DNA of 64,000 nt from NCBI GenBank assembly GCA_002269645.1, contig NIVC01002854.1:9248-73247 (forward strand). The letters are read 5' to 3'. The stretch comes from Macrostomum lignano. Lineage: Eukaryota. Below are positions 48,744-60,401 of the stretch, one piece after another. The translations under genes and the position numbers were made by a program. Numbering within the stretch: the stretch's first letter is position 1; the number at the start of each line of letters is the position of its first letter. The notes under the pieces were generated by a model, which did no database searches, was not told the origin of the DNA, and saw nothing but the letters and a program-made list of their open reading frames with translations.

Positions 48744-49235
48744 ATGCAACGCTCTGGCGGTAACTTAGACTCACATGGACTGATAGAAAATCTTCCTCAT
48801 CCAAACAAAGGCTGGACACTTCCCGGCTATAAATATTGCGGGCCTTTGAATCCACTTGAAATACAGTTAGATAAAAACAATAATACAAATCCTGGGCATG
48901 AGCCTGTGAACGAGCTAGACTCTGTCTGCATGTGGCACGACGTTAAAAATAGAGATTTTCCTGAGGAGAAGAATCGCTGGGACAAAGAAATGCTCAGGAG
49001 ACTCGACAATGTGGGGATTTCAAGCGGATTTGGTGAGTCGATTGCTAGGAAATTAGTCAAGGCGGTTATTTTTGGTAAGACAAAGTTGGGATTAGGAATG
49101 GGCGCTGAGGGTGGGTGTTTGGGAAGAGAGGGCGGGTGCACGGGCGGACGCTCGGGAGCAGGGTTTATTTTGTGCGCTCCAAACGAGGAACTAGGAAGAC
49201 TGCTGAAAGAGCTGGGGGTTGAGAGAGACGCTTGA
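48744..49235 (+). CDS. Parvovirus VP1u-type phospholipase A2 domain protein (PLA2X-like)
   Basis: LPGYKYCGP (Ca-binding loop), PVNELDSVCMWHD (catalytic HD), downstream D in RWDKEML. Confidence 0.85.
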   Translation: MQRSGGNLDSHGLIENLPHPNKGWTLPGYKYCGPLNPLEIQLDKNNNTNPGHEPVNELDSVCMWHDVKNRDFPEEKNRWDKEMLRRLDNVGISSGFGESIARKLVKAVIFGKTKLGLGMGAEGGCLGREGGCTGGRSGAGFILCAPNEELGRLLKELGVERDA

Positions 49236-49614
49236 GTCGGGAAGGGTTTAACTATTATTCTCAGCCCTGGCCAAACGCGACAGCTGCATTTGAAAAGTTG
49301 AGAAGCAGAAGGGGGGGGGTAACTGCTATTTTCTGAGGGAGTGCAAAGTTCCACGCGTGCATTCCTTTCCGCTTTGACAACCGGAGGGAAGGAAGCGGGT
49401 GGAGGGAATCGATCGCTCGGGAGCTAGTTAAAGCAAGCAAAAAAATTCAGCTCATTTTGCTCGCACACGTTCTTCGTCACGCAATACTGCACCGTTGTGG
49501 CTGCTGATTTCATTATGTTGTAAGTTTATTCATTTTTTTACTTCCTGATAATCCTGTGGTAAGAATTGAAAAATCTTTTATTTCGATTAAATCTTTGTTT
49601 TTTGTTCACAAAAA

Positions 49615-49899
49615 ATTACGTTCTACGGGACCTACCTAGAAAATCTCCATGGTCGCCTTGTTGAAGGGTTGGATGCCGACGAACGGGTATCAGAGAGAAT
49701 TCAAGAAGTTCTCCACCATTTCTTCAATGAAAAAGTTGAGAACCAGCGAATTCGTTCAAGAGCGGCCATGGAGACCCAGGATCGCAACTACGCCATGAGA
49801 ACTGAAATGGTGTTTGACGAACTTCGCCGATCATTTGTTGCTGATGAAGATTCACTTCTTAGTTATCAACAATTTTTTTCTAGGATTTTATCAATGTAA
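49615..49899 (+). CDS. Hypothetical Maverick protein (~94 aa); start codon apparently ATT or mutated
   Basis: Frame open from ATT at 49615, behind a T-tract and A-run, to the stop at 49899; no recognised motif. Confidence 0.35.
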   Translation: MTFYGTYLENLHGRLVEGLDADERVSERIQEVLHHFFNEKVENQRIRSRAAMETQDRNYAMRTEMVFDELRRSFVADEDSLLSYQQFFSRILSM

Positions 49900-50270
49900 G
49901 CTACTCTTAGTAGTCTTCTAAACACTTTCCTGGATCTCCAGGATTTTTTTCCAGGATTTTTTTAAACTCGTGCCAAATCCTGACAATACAGGAATTCCTG
50001 ACAATACAGGAAAGTGCTGTTCACAAAATGACCGGGAGGAAAATCAATATTATTCTGGATCCGAAGAATATCGATTTTGGATTTTGCGAGGATCTACAAT
50101 ATCTTGTTCTTTCTCTACCTTCATTCATTTCCAACCTTGCAACTAGCTTGCACGTCGCGGAAGAAAATTTTCAGCTGGATAGCCCTGCACACTCAGTGTC
50201 TGCTCTTTCCTCCTTATTTCCTCCTGTTTTATGTAAATATACTTGCGAATAAATGAACTCAGTATGTTTT

Positions 50271-50513
50271 TTAACGCAATTGCTTAATGATTTCTGCAAA
50301 GTTATAGTAGCTGTCGTAATCTTTTACGTAGGTTACTCCATACTTATGAAACCAGTGTCTTTGAATAGCTAGATTAATATTAGGGACATTGATATCAACA
50401 CCGGGCCAATATTTTCTCATGTACTCGCTGCATTCTAGTTTGCATTGGTACTTACTCTTGTAATTAGGCTCGTGCGCTTTGTAATGAGAACCTGGAGAGA
50501 CAACTGGAAACAT
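50271..50513 (-). CDS. TIR-encoded small ORF, right copy (80 aa)
   Basis: Inverted copy of 26788-26997, reading through to TAA just past the TIR edge. Confidence 0.55.
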   Translation of the reverse strand: MFPVVSPGSHYKAHEPNYKSKYQCKLECSEYMRKYWPGVDINVPNINLAIQRHWFHKYGVTYVKDYDSYYNFAEIIKQLR

Positions 50514-51088
50514 TTTTAGAGAAAATTTAGATTTTTTTCGGAGGATGAGCACCCTGCGCTGATGATTTAAAGTCTTAGGGATCTGGTTTCGCGTTGCGGA
50601 TTGAATGTGGGGAGAAGAATGCAGATTATTTTCTGATTGTTTCGAAGATGCTATGGGTGGATGTCAGTGGATTATGTAGGACACTTGTTATGCTCTGATA
50701 ATATAGATGGATTTAGGGGGATTATGGATGACGTTTTGTGAGCGAGTAGGACCCTGATTCAGGGATAATATGGATGGATTTAATACGATTATGTTCGAAG
50801 TTTTCAGAGCAAGTGCGAACCCTCCCCTTTTTTCAAGATTCTGTCAGGGATAATGTGGATGGATTTAATGGGATTATGGAGGAGGTTTTGTGGGCGAGTG
50901 CGACCCCCCTTTTTTCTGATTCTGTCAGGGATAATATGGATGGATTTAGGTGGATTATGGAGGACGTTTTGTGAGCGAGTGCGACCTCCCTTTTTTTCTG
51001 ATTCTGTCAGGGACAATATAGATGGATTTAATGGGATTATGGAGGAGGTGAAAAATTTTGTCCCAGAAGCCCCCTCATGCATTCTACT
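50277..51088 (-). repeat. Right TIR of the Maverick (812 bp)
   Basis: Reverse complement of the left TIR; at least 4 mismatches seen, all in the inner ~90 bp. Confidence 0.95.
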
Positions 51089-51502
51089 GGCTTTTGAGAG
51101 TTTTGCTTCCCTGCGCATTAAATCCAGTTTGGTTCTAACGCATTGTGTTTTTTCATGTCGGCTGTCTATTTTTGGGAGTTTTTGTTCTGTTTTTTGTGTT
51201 TGTTTTCTGTTTTTGTGTTTTTTCTGTTTTTTTGTTTTTTGGCGTTTGTTGCGAAAAGGTTTTGCATACTCTGTTCGGTTAGTTTTCCCATTTTTAGCGT
51301 TTATCCCCTTTGCTCATTTCATCGCACTGTACGCTACGTTTCAGGTTCGATCCCGTTTGCTAATCCAGTTCGAATATTTATCGCATCCCCGTGATTCGTT
51401 TACTAACCTAATTGTTTGATCCTATTTTCGGGCTCCGCTTTTTGGGCTCCGCTTATATTAGGCTACACGGGCTCCGCTTTATGAGCTTAAGTTGACAGGC
51501 CC

Positions 51503-53342
51503 TTTTGGAAAACGAAATTGCACTACAGAAATAGGTACATGTCTTAAATATTAAAAACTTCACTTCCACTTTCGATAAAGTCCACTTCATATCAACAGTC
51601 TATGAACTTCTGAAACAACAGTCTGAAACTTCGATTCACTCTCGTCAAAGTGAAGTCCAATTTAGACAGTCAACATGCACTTTAGACAGGCCAGTTTGGA
51701 TGCTGTTTATTGTGGAGATGAATAAAATTGAAGCAATCTCCGCGGGACTTTATCTGTAGTCCTGTAGACAAAGAAGAACGAAATAATTAACTAGAAACAA
51801 GAAATATTCAGGTCCAATTTTAAATTTCACACGTGAATCCAATCAGCAATTCTCTCAAATTCAAATTAACCATTGATGGGCTGAGTTGCCAAGCACTGTG
51901 GCAGATATCTGCCGCAGTGACCGAACCACCGAGCAACCTTCTCTGCTGTGATGCAATCCAGTGGCGTCCACTTCTCTCATCAGAATGTCCCATCGGTACG
52001 CAGCCATACTACGACCAGCGATCTGTTCCTGCGTTGGGCGAATGAACTCGTCTTGCATCCTTGACAAGCGTCGCTTCAGTGCCGCTTCCAGCATGAGATC
52101 GCGTTCTCAACAGACGTTAGAAAAGGGCTGTAGGGGGGGGGCAGTCTCTTGATCTCGGCGACGCCAGCGATCTCATAAACTTCAGCGTCCTATGGCTGCT
52201 AACGTTGTGGATTACAACGTTTATGCGACTGTCAGAAAACACGCTACTGAAGTTGGCGATCGCAATCGTGAGAAACTCCCGAACCGTTCCTTCGTCATGC
52301 CACGGTCGTATGTTGCATAGTGAACAACTCCAGCAGCCGGACTCAGCAACACAGACCGTGATCCGCTGACCCTTCTGTCCAGCAACCTGGCGGTACGCTC
52401 GCTGTCCACGTGTCGATCTTCCATACGAACGGTGCATCCATGCATTAAACCCGAACTCGTCAATAAAGATGATTTCCTTGTCCGCAGTCTCGGGTGAGCA
52501 CAGCCGTTCAACGAAGCCAACTCTGGCCATTAGCACTTCGGGTGAGTTTCGCTGAGCTGGAAGGTCGCGTACCAGCTTCGTGGTGAACAGTGCGCCGTCC
52601 AGTTTGATACTCAGCGTTTTCTCGGTGACAAAAGGTTTCTGAGCAGGAAACTCCTGTCTCAGCATTGTGTTCATTTCCACCAGTGTCAACATGGGGTTCT
52701 GCTCGACAATGTCGCACAGAAACTGCTGTAACTCGGCATCCCATTTGATTTTCGTAGCCCCGCCACAAGGACGCTTCTCCACTCTGCCTGTCTTGATGAT
52801 CGAGTACGCTGTTGTCCTTTTGATGCCCAGCTTAGATGCGAGTCCTCATCCTCATCCTTCTGATGGGCAGCTAATAGACGTGACCGGTCGCGTTCACTCA
52901 CTTGGTGTCGTCATGTCACTGGAGCCTCGCCGCTGACGTGACTGTTCACAGAATCATTGTCCTCCTCTCCAGGTTCCTCGTACAATGAGGGTTCGATGTC
53001 TCCCATAGCTCAGAATCGCAGAGTTTGTGGTGCAGAAATAGACGGAAAATTGTGCACGGAGGGATTGAAAGGTTTTTAGATTAAGCGCATAGTCTCCTGA
53101 TGAAAATCTTTGTGCACAAAATATTTGTATGGCTTTATGCTGACTATGACATAAAATCTTGTCCCTGTCTAAAGTGCATGTTGACTGTCTAAATTGGACG
53201 TCACTTTGACGAGAGTGAATCGAAGTTTCAGTAGGTCTGGAATCATAGACTGTTGATATGAAGTGGACTTTATTGAAAGTGGAAGTGAAGTTTTTAATAT
53301 TTTAGACGTGTCTATCTCTGTAGTGCAATTTCGTTTTTCAAA
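51503..53342 (-). mobile_element. Degenerate IS630/Tc1-like (DDE_3) transposon with ~185-bp imperfect TIRs
   Basis: 51503-51690 is inverted at 53165-53342; broken transposase with HTH LASKLGIKRTTAYSI, FIDEFGF and LPPYSPFL..VE; exact termini and TSD not resolved. Confidence 0.85.
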
Positions 53343-54074
53343 ATTTCCGTTTGCTTTGGTACGAAGCTATCCGTACAGAAAAGGAGATTCTGATCGTACA
53401 CTGCTTTAATGAACAACTGTAAGAATTTGGTACAAATTTGACCACAGGGAAACATTTTCTTGAGGTTAGAATTGATGTTCACTTTCAGTTGTCGATAATG
53501 AAAGGGAGTTTGTCTGAAGTGGATGTTGTTTCAGAGATGCTAAGCTTGAAGTGTCGAAGATGAAGTTCCCATTGTCGAAAGAGAAACTGAGTTTGAATAA
53601 AATGCAGATAAAATGATGTAGCGATAAGAGAGATGATGCCTTGCCCATATTTTCAGCTCTAGCAACCCAAATCGAACAGCAGCAGCTGGCATGCCCCGAG
53701 CGATTAGGTTATGTTACCGACAAAGCCCTTTGTCTGCTTTACCTATGTTTAACTAACCCGGTCTGCATGCATTGTTGCCTTCCGGTATGGCTCTTTTTTA
53801 AGTCACAGGTTTCTTTAAATTTGATGTACAGCATCCAAGTTTGTTCAAGTTCAGCTTTCCTTATATCGTTTACGTAATCATTTAAGCCGACTTCTTTCAG
53901 TTTTCTTTAAAAAATACAATGCGCTCCAACAACCTCCAGACCCAGAAAAAGTGAACATGTAGCTATAGACGATTTCTTTCTCTCAAAACGCACTCTGTTG
54001 ATTATAAGATCTATGCATGGTTTGAACTAATTAGTCCCTCTAGCAGTTGACTTAATATTCCAGAGTGGTAGAAC

Positions 54075-54352
54075 CAAGGACAACTAAATCAACGTATATA
54101 CAGGACGCGACACTCAAAATCTATGGAAAATGTTTTGAAGGCAACTTTTCGCCGAAAAATACACTATAAGAAAGGCACAACATGTCAAAAGATGAACATT
54201 GGGTCTGCCTCCTATCGAAAGGAATAACAATTTTTGTGCTTAAAAATTAAAACTAATTCCTATCTCCGTAGTGTATTTTTCGGGGAAAAGTTGCCTTCAA
54301 AACATTTTCCATAGATTTCGAGTGTTGCGTCCTTCTACTTATGTAGTCCTTG
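54075..54352. mobile_element. 278-bp MITE related to the P-element at 36778
   Basis: The right end reads CAAGGACTACATAAGTAGAAGGACGCAACACTC on the minus strand (the P TIR with 3 changes); shared subterminal TATTTTTCGG.GAAAA...GCCTTCAAAA; perfect 8-bp TSD GGTAGAAC. Confidence 0.9.
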
Positions 54353-55047
54353 GGTAGAACGCTGGACTCAAGGTAGCCGATCCCAGGTTCCCAATCCAGA
54401 CTAAGGTTCCAGATCCGCACTCCAGAGTGAGATCCCAGATCTTAATTCAGCAGAACAGCAAATCAAGCTTGCCGAGAACTGCATCAATGTCTTACTTCTG
54501 GTGAGGGAGCTGCATGCTCATGAGAACTGTTACTTCGCCCTTTTTAAGGTAGTAATGCGTCAGTAAAATAAAAATTTACTTTCATTTATAACCGAGATTC
54601 ATTGGGGTTTAACTTCCATTCCTGTACAGTACAGTAAAACCATAAGCTTAATCGATTCACCTGCGTTTTGTTGGTTAATATACTATAATGAACGCACTTT
54701 TTAAATCCATTTGACGCGTCTTAGTTAAAATTCAGCCAATTAGACCAATTCTTGTATACTTTTTCTTTCCATACAGTATTTTTTTTCAACTTGTGTCGTT
54801 TTGAACAAGTGAAGTAAGCCAATAAAAATGTTCAGGAGCCGAGCACCAATAGCGACTACGACGCTGTGACAGGTTTTGGTTTAATTTTTATATGATAAAA
54901 TTCCATTTCCCCAGTGATATTTGTACTGACCAAAATAATCAAAATGTATATTATAGATCTAATCGGATTAGGTTTTCAGCAGCAGCCTTCAAAGAACACG
55001 ATGACATTCCTAATATGCGTGCGCATGCGGTTTTTGGTTAAGCGGGC

Positions 55048-57861
55048 TTATCCACGGACCACGGCTGCGCCAACTGATGGTTCATCAATCAGTATTTGGT
55101 TAGCTCTTTGTCGCTTCAGATCAGACCGAATGAGGGCTGCAAAGAGATTTTTGGTCGCAGGTTTAAAGTCAGCAGAGTGCCAAGTGAAGGATGAGGCACT
55201 GTGCTGCAGTGATACTTAATCAAAAATGCGTCTTTTATGAATAAAAGGAGTGTAAAGTCAAAAGCGATTCAGAGAACTGACTACAAAATCATGGCCGACT
55301 GTAACAACGAAGAAATATCTCAACCGCAGTAAAACTGCGGCGCATACCTGTTAGGACGGTGCCCACCAGCAGGAGGCCACAGAAGATGAAGTTCGCAGCG
55401 AGAGTGCTCACAGCATCTATAACTGCACGGACGAAGATGGTGCAGGATATGCCGAGAATCTTAAGGGAGGGCCGTATTGTTGAGGGAAGTATTGTTTGAA
55501 AATATGCGGTTGTGTATAGCAATTGTGTATAGCTGTATAGCAAAACAGGCATTATAAAACAGCAGCTAATTTCAGTATTTCAATATGTACGCCATAAATA
55601 CAAGAGAATGTCTGCTCATATGAACTTTATTCCGCTTTGCAAAAAGCCACCAATGACCTCCAGCTTTATGACGTCAGCTAGATGGTAGCCTGGGTGGGCA
55701 CAGTTGTCTGCATTTTTGCCTAAGCTTAAGCAGATAGCTAGTCATATTGGGGCAAGTGACTCGCACGATTTGGGGGGGCGACGAATAACTGTGCAGGCAA
55801 GGACGTGTGAGCAGCTTTTGGGTGGGTCAGCAGTTGGCAAAATACCGATCATGGACGAATGCACCCTCACTTTCATTTTATGCACCAACCTGAGCAGAAG
55901 CATTAAGAATGCCGGAAGACAGGCCTTCGTTCTCCGGGTAGGTGATCTCGGCCGCATATTCGAACCCAACTGGCAGGTAGCCAGTCATGAAGAAGCCTAG
56001 CACGGCCATCGAGACAAACACCAGCCAGAGTTGAGCCAGTGGCAGTGTGGCCGTGAACAGGGCAGTGCCGATCAAGGACAACGAATAGCACGACAGAGTC
56101 GTCAGTCTGATGAGTATAGAAATGATTTAAAAAATTGATTTACTCGTAGATCCCCATTCGCTACTAGCAATACAACTTAATTAACCATTTGAAAGGTAAA
56201 CGTGTCTTGTCTAGCGTTGTCGAGCATTCTCGTAATTACTGTTATTTTATCTCAATTAATCCTGCTTTAAGTCTTTTTTGGCTCTACAGTTGTTGAGGAC
56301 TATTGAATTACAAAATTTGTATGAGTGAAAACAATGTGACGCTTTTAAAGGTTATAACAAAGCGTGCTAAAGAGTATTCAAACAAAAACCTTACTTAAAG
56401 GCTCGCGTCCTGTCGAGAACAATTCCATAGATGACGGCCCCAAGGACGCCCGCAGCGATGAGCGTGAAGCCAGCCCACCCGACCTGCTGCTCTATAGCGT
56501 CCACGGAAGTGGAATTTATTTCGATTTTCTGAAGAAACATCAAATAAAAATTATTCTCTCTGGGAAAAGTGGGGCGATCTATCTTGCAAAAATCATCATC
56601 AGTTCAGCAGCTACCTTGAACTCTGGTACGACAATTGGATTGAGCAGCGTTGACAAAGCGTAGTATACCCCAGTATTGAGACCTTAAATAGTAGATTTAG
56701 TAGTGTAAGACCAAAGAAGGGTAATTGTTTGCGTTTGCGTTGTTTGTACAAAGTTTGCGTTGTAAACATGGCTTAGAAAAAAGTACTCTGAAATTAACAG
56801 AACAGTCTGCTCATCAAAAACTGACCGTAGGAGATTGTCAGCAAGACAAATGCCGGGCACGTCAGAAGCCGTCTCAAGGAGGCTGCGTACATTTTTCCAG
56901 TCGTCTTCGTCTCGCCTTCCTGGTTGTGGGAATTTCTGCGAACAGTCAACTGCCCAAGCGACGGTGGCAGCGGCGGTCTGTCGCAGAAGAAGAGCAGCAC
57001 TAATAGAAACAGAGCTCCGGTGACGCAGGCGCCTCCGATGAACATCCATAACAGCTGCTGTTGCATACCGTCGCCTTTGCTGATGAACAGCGGCGGCAGC
57101 ACAAAGCCAACGGCTACGCCGATCTGGGTGCCGAAAACTCCTAAGGCCGTAGCTGTTGAGAGCTCATTAATGCCAAACCAAGCAGCTGCTAGCGGTGCAG
57201 GTATGCCCAAGATGAAGCTCTGCGCCGTTGCACACACCTTCAGGAAGTAAATTACGAGTACAAGAGAAAGTTCTTAAATTTCAAACTCTAGACTTGTTGA
57301 CGTCCTTTGGTCCTAAGGAATACTTTGCAGAATAATGCAGAATTCTTTTCCTATTGATTAATTTTTTTAACTAGTTTATCATATTTACTATTTTATTCCC
57401 TTGGATTGTCAGGTTCTGGGCCCCCAGAAGTAAGTAGGGTCATATCAGTCAAAGAAACTAACCGTCTGCCCAGCAAACAGCAGCCAGAATCTGTTTGAGT
57501 CTGTGGCGAAGCACTTCATCAGAGCGCCGATAAAGTTAAGCGACGTAGCGCAGATGCTGGTGACACGCAGGCCGTATCTATCGAGCACCCATGCGGCGGG
57601 CAGTATGAGCAGCGCATAGGCCAGCATGTAAACCATGGATAGCCAGTCAATCGCTAGGTTGGCCTGTGATGGCTCACTTGGCAAGGAGGCATTGTAGTTG
57701 GCCAAGATGACGTCAAACACAATATTGAGGTGGATCCACTGGTAGGCGTTGGAGAGGGAGTAGGCGCAGAACAACAGCAACGTCAGCCACCTGCGCCGGT
57801 ACACGCGAGTCAGTTCATCCCCTTTTGTGTGCACTTCCTCTGGTTCTACTCGCTTATTCAT
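55048..57861 (-). CDS. FLVCR: FLVCR/SLC49A-like MFS transporter; exons 57861-57463, 57237-56826, 56682-56615, 56528-56395, 56106-55890, 55459-55348, 55136-55048 (476 aa)
   Basis: [60 protein letters not shown] motifs; all six GT-AG introns are phase-consistent (1431 nt). Confidence 0.93.
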
Positions 57862-60401
57862 GACTGAAAGGCGGTCATAATGCCATGTTACCCTCGTACT
57901 TATAGAAACGTATATTCAGCTATTCTGTCAATCTGTCAATGAGATCCTAAATTCCAAATTCTAATCAAAAGTTTTTATCGAAAATTTTTTTTTCTATTTT
58001 ACGCGGCTAATTGTTTTATTTTTCTTTCAATTTGTGAGCGTCTGCGGAACGGAAGATTGAGGTAGTCGACCCTGAATACCCTGCTATGACCATGCAGATC
58101 AGAAGAGGTCAGAGTTGAATATAATTGGCTGACTTTCATTTCGCCTCTTCTGAAGCGCATGAAATTATAGCCAGCTTCAGGAGGATCCAGCTGGCACCTT
58201 TACCGCGGCTAAAAACACCTGATGGCCAAATTCTCTCGACCTTGATAGTACTACTTAAAGGACAAGAAAAATAAAATGGCGCCAGTTTTTTAGACGGGGG
58301 CTTTAAGTTTTAACAGGTCTTAGCCTAAAACTAATTTTGAGTAACGAGGTTGCTGGAGTTTGGGTCAATCTATCTCACTTTTAAGCATCCAATAATCGGC
58401 CCTGCTTATTGCTGTCCGCTTACGTACATTGTGGCGGCGTCATCTTAGTGAGCATAAATAGCGTAGACTTTTGAAGATGACGCATGAATGCGGTCACAAA
58501 CTCGACTAAAGATGAATATAATAAATGCCAAGCTATTTATAATCTGACCACTCTGGAGGTCCTAAGAGGCATTGAATTTTTGTCATACATGTAAGTTTGT
58601 ACGTAATTAATCCCTCAATATTGATGCATGCTCACTAGACAGCAGTGTGGTGACTGGTGCTACCCTACCTAATGCAAAAATACCGCTAGACTTAATAGGA
58701 CACCAAAATTCTAGTCTATTAGTCCATCACTGGACGTTAGACTAAACTATAGTCGATAGAAAACTCCGTATCAAGTACTACTAATTAATTAAAGCTCTCG
58801 GTTCCACCTGCACGACAATCCGACCCGGTAACCCAGATTTTAATAGCCCACCGATATGTACGAGTACATAGCTCGCTTCTTATCGTGCATTTAATGAATG
58901 TATTCGAATTGCATACCATCTTAAACTGTATCCTGTAACCCCCATTCAATATGTGATAATATACCTTGACAATGTTAGCCATCACTAGAAACCTTGGTCT
59001 TCGTCCTTGCCTTAAAGCACAGAAAAATTTTAAAACATTTTAAGCCAGAGATTTATGTTTTACGACGTAGTGCTCTTAGTGCTCTTTGTAAACGCCTGCA
59101 CATGCACAAACAGTAGTACCCTTTGAATTTGAAATAATCAATTATCAGCAAACCATTGCTAAAGAATTTATTGGAACTTTAAATTCCAATTTTCGAAGGC
59201 AAAAATATGGTAGACCAGTCGAAAAGAAAAAGATACCTGCAAAAATGCACCCAACAACCAGGGCTAATTAATCCGACAAGCCTATGCTGCTTTGCATGGC
59301 TTGGATTGGTTAAATTAGGTGGTGCTCTGGGATTAGTACTCTTCGGTGGCTGCTCTCCTTAGCATAGTTTGCTGAGATATTGATGAACGAAAATCAATAA
59401 ATATAATTACCGGTATAAGTAGCTATATTTGTTCTGTCTACAGCTAACAAAAGACAAAGTTCTTCGAAGTTCCAGCTTGATAAATAAAGCGCTTGTTTCA
59501 AACCAGCAAAAACTGAGCAATTTCTGCGCAAACGATCATACTCGTAGATGTACGCGGCCTCCAAAATGGATGGCGACATGCCCTATTCGTTTTGTGAACC
59601 ATTCAAGTAAATTTATTGATTTTTGGTTCATCAACACCTATCCTCCTTGATATACAACCCTTGTTTGTATAGGCCAAAGAAGTGAGCACCATCTATAGTT
59701 CTCGTTAAAATAACATTTACCAAAGGTTTGTAGCTAGTCAAACGAAAGATGCAATCTTCTGCTTTCCAATGACTCCAAACTTGTTGAATTACACACATGC
59801 ATTAAAATCTATAGGCAAAAGTATCACTACTTATGGGGATGGGAACCCTTGGTGGCTACGAATAAAATTTCCGTTTCGAGAACTTTCAACAACAGAACCT
59901 ATATATGCTTCTTATAATACAGTAACGGCTACAATAATTCTTATAATATATAATATCTTATAATTCAATATAAGTTAAACAATTATTATACTTCAAAACC
60001 TATACATAACTCATTGTGTTTAGTGGCGAAAAACAAACTGAAAAATAAGACTGTGTGAACACTACAGCTACACGCTCGAAAGATCACCTTTACGCATCAG
60101 CATTTCCTACCGTAACTCCGGCATTTTGATAGCTCGCAGCTACTCTACACTTTTCAGTTTAGTACTGTGCATAGACAATTGATTCTTCTAATAATTATTA
60201 CCAGGATCTATGAAATTTTATGTACTAAGGCTAATAATTACATTTAATTCTAAATTTGTCTCATGTAAATCATGCAGTGTACACGTATAAACATGTACAG
60301 ATACGCTCGTACATTGATGGTTCTCTTAATCAATTCTCTTAAGCCAATCGCTATAAATTTGCGACAAAAAACTACAGTGTATGCTGTATGCTTATAAATA
60401 C

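Larger units (their letters stand above)
26213..51088. mobile_element. Complete Maverick/Polinton (adintovirus-like endogenous virus), ~15.4 kb without nested insertions
   Basis: AGTAG...CTACT termini, 812-bp TIRs, 6-bp TSD GGCTTT (26207-26212 and 51089-51094); full core gene set (pPolB, INT, ATPase, PRO, MCP, penton). Confidence 0.97.

Noticed and set aside
54050-54400. tRNA-derived SINE head interrupted by the P-MITE (AGAGTGGTAGAAC...GGTTCCCAATCC)
   Set aside because: A/B boxes are degenerate and there is no second copy in the window to support it.
58090-58190. pre-miRNA-like hairpin upstream of FLVCR
   Set aside because: Only short interrupted stems; cannot be supported without folding or small-RNA data.
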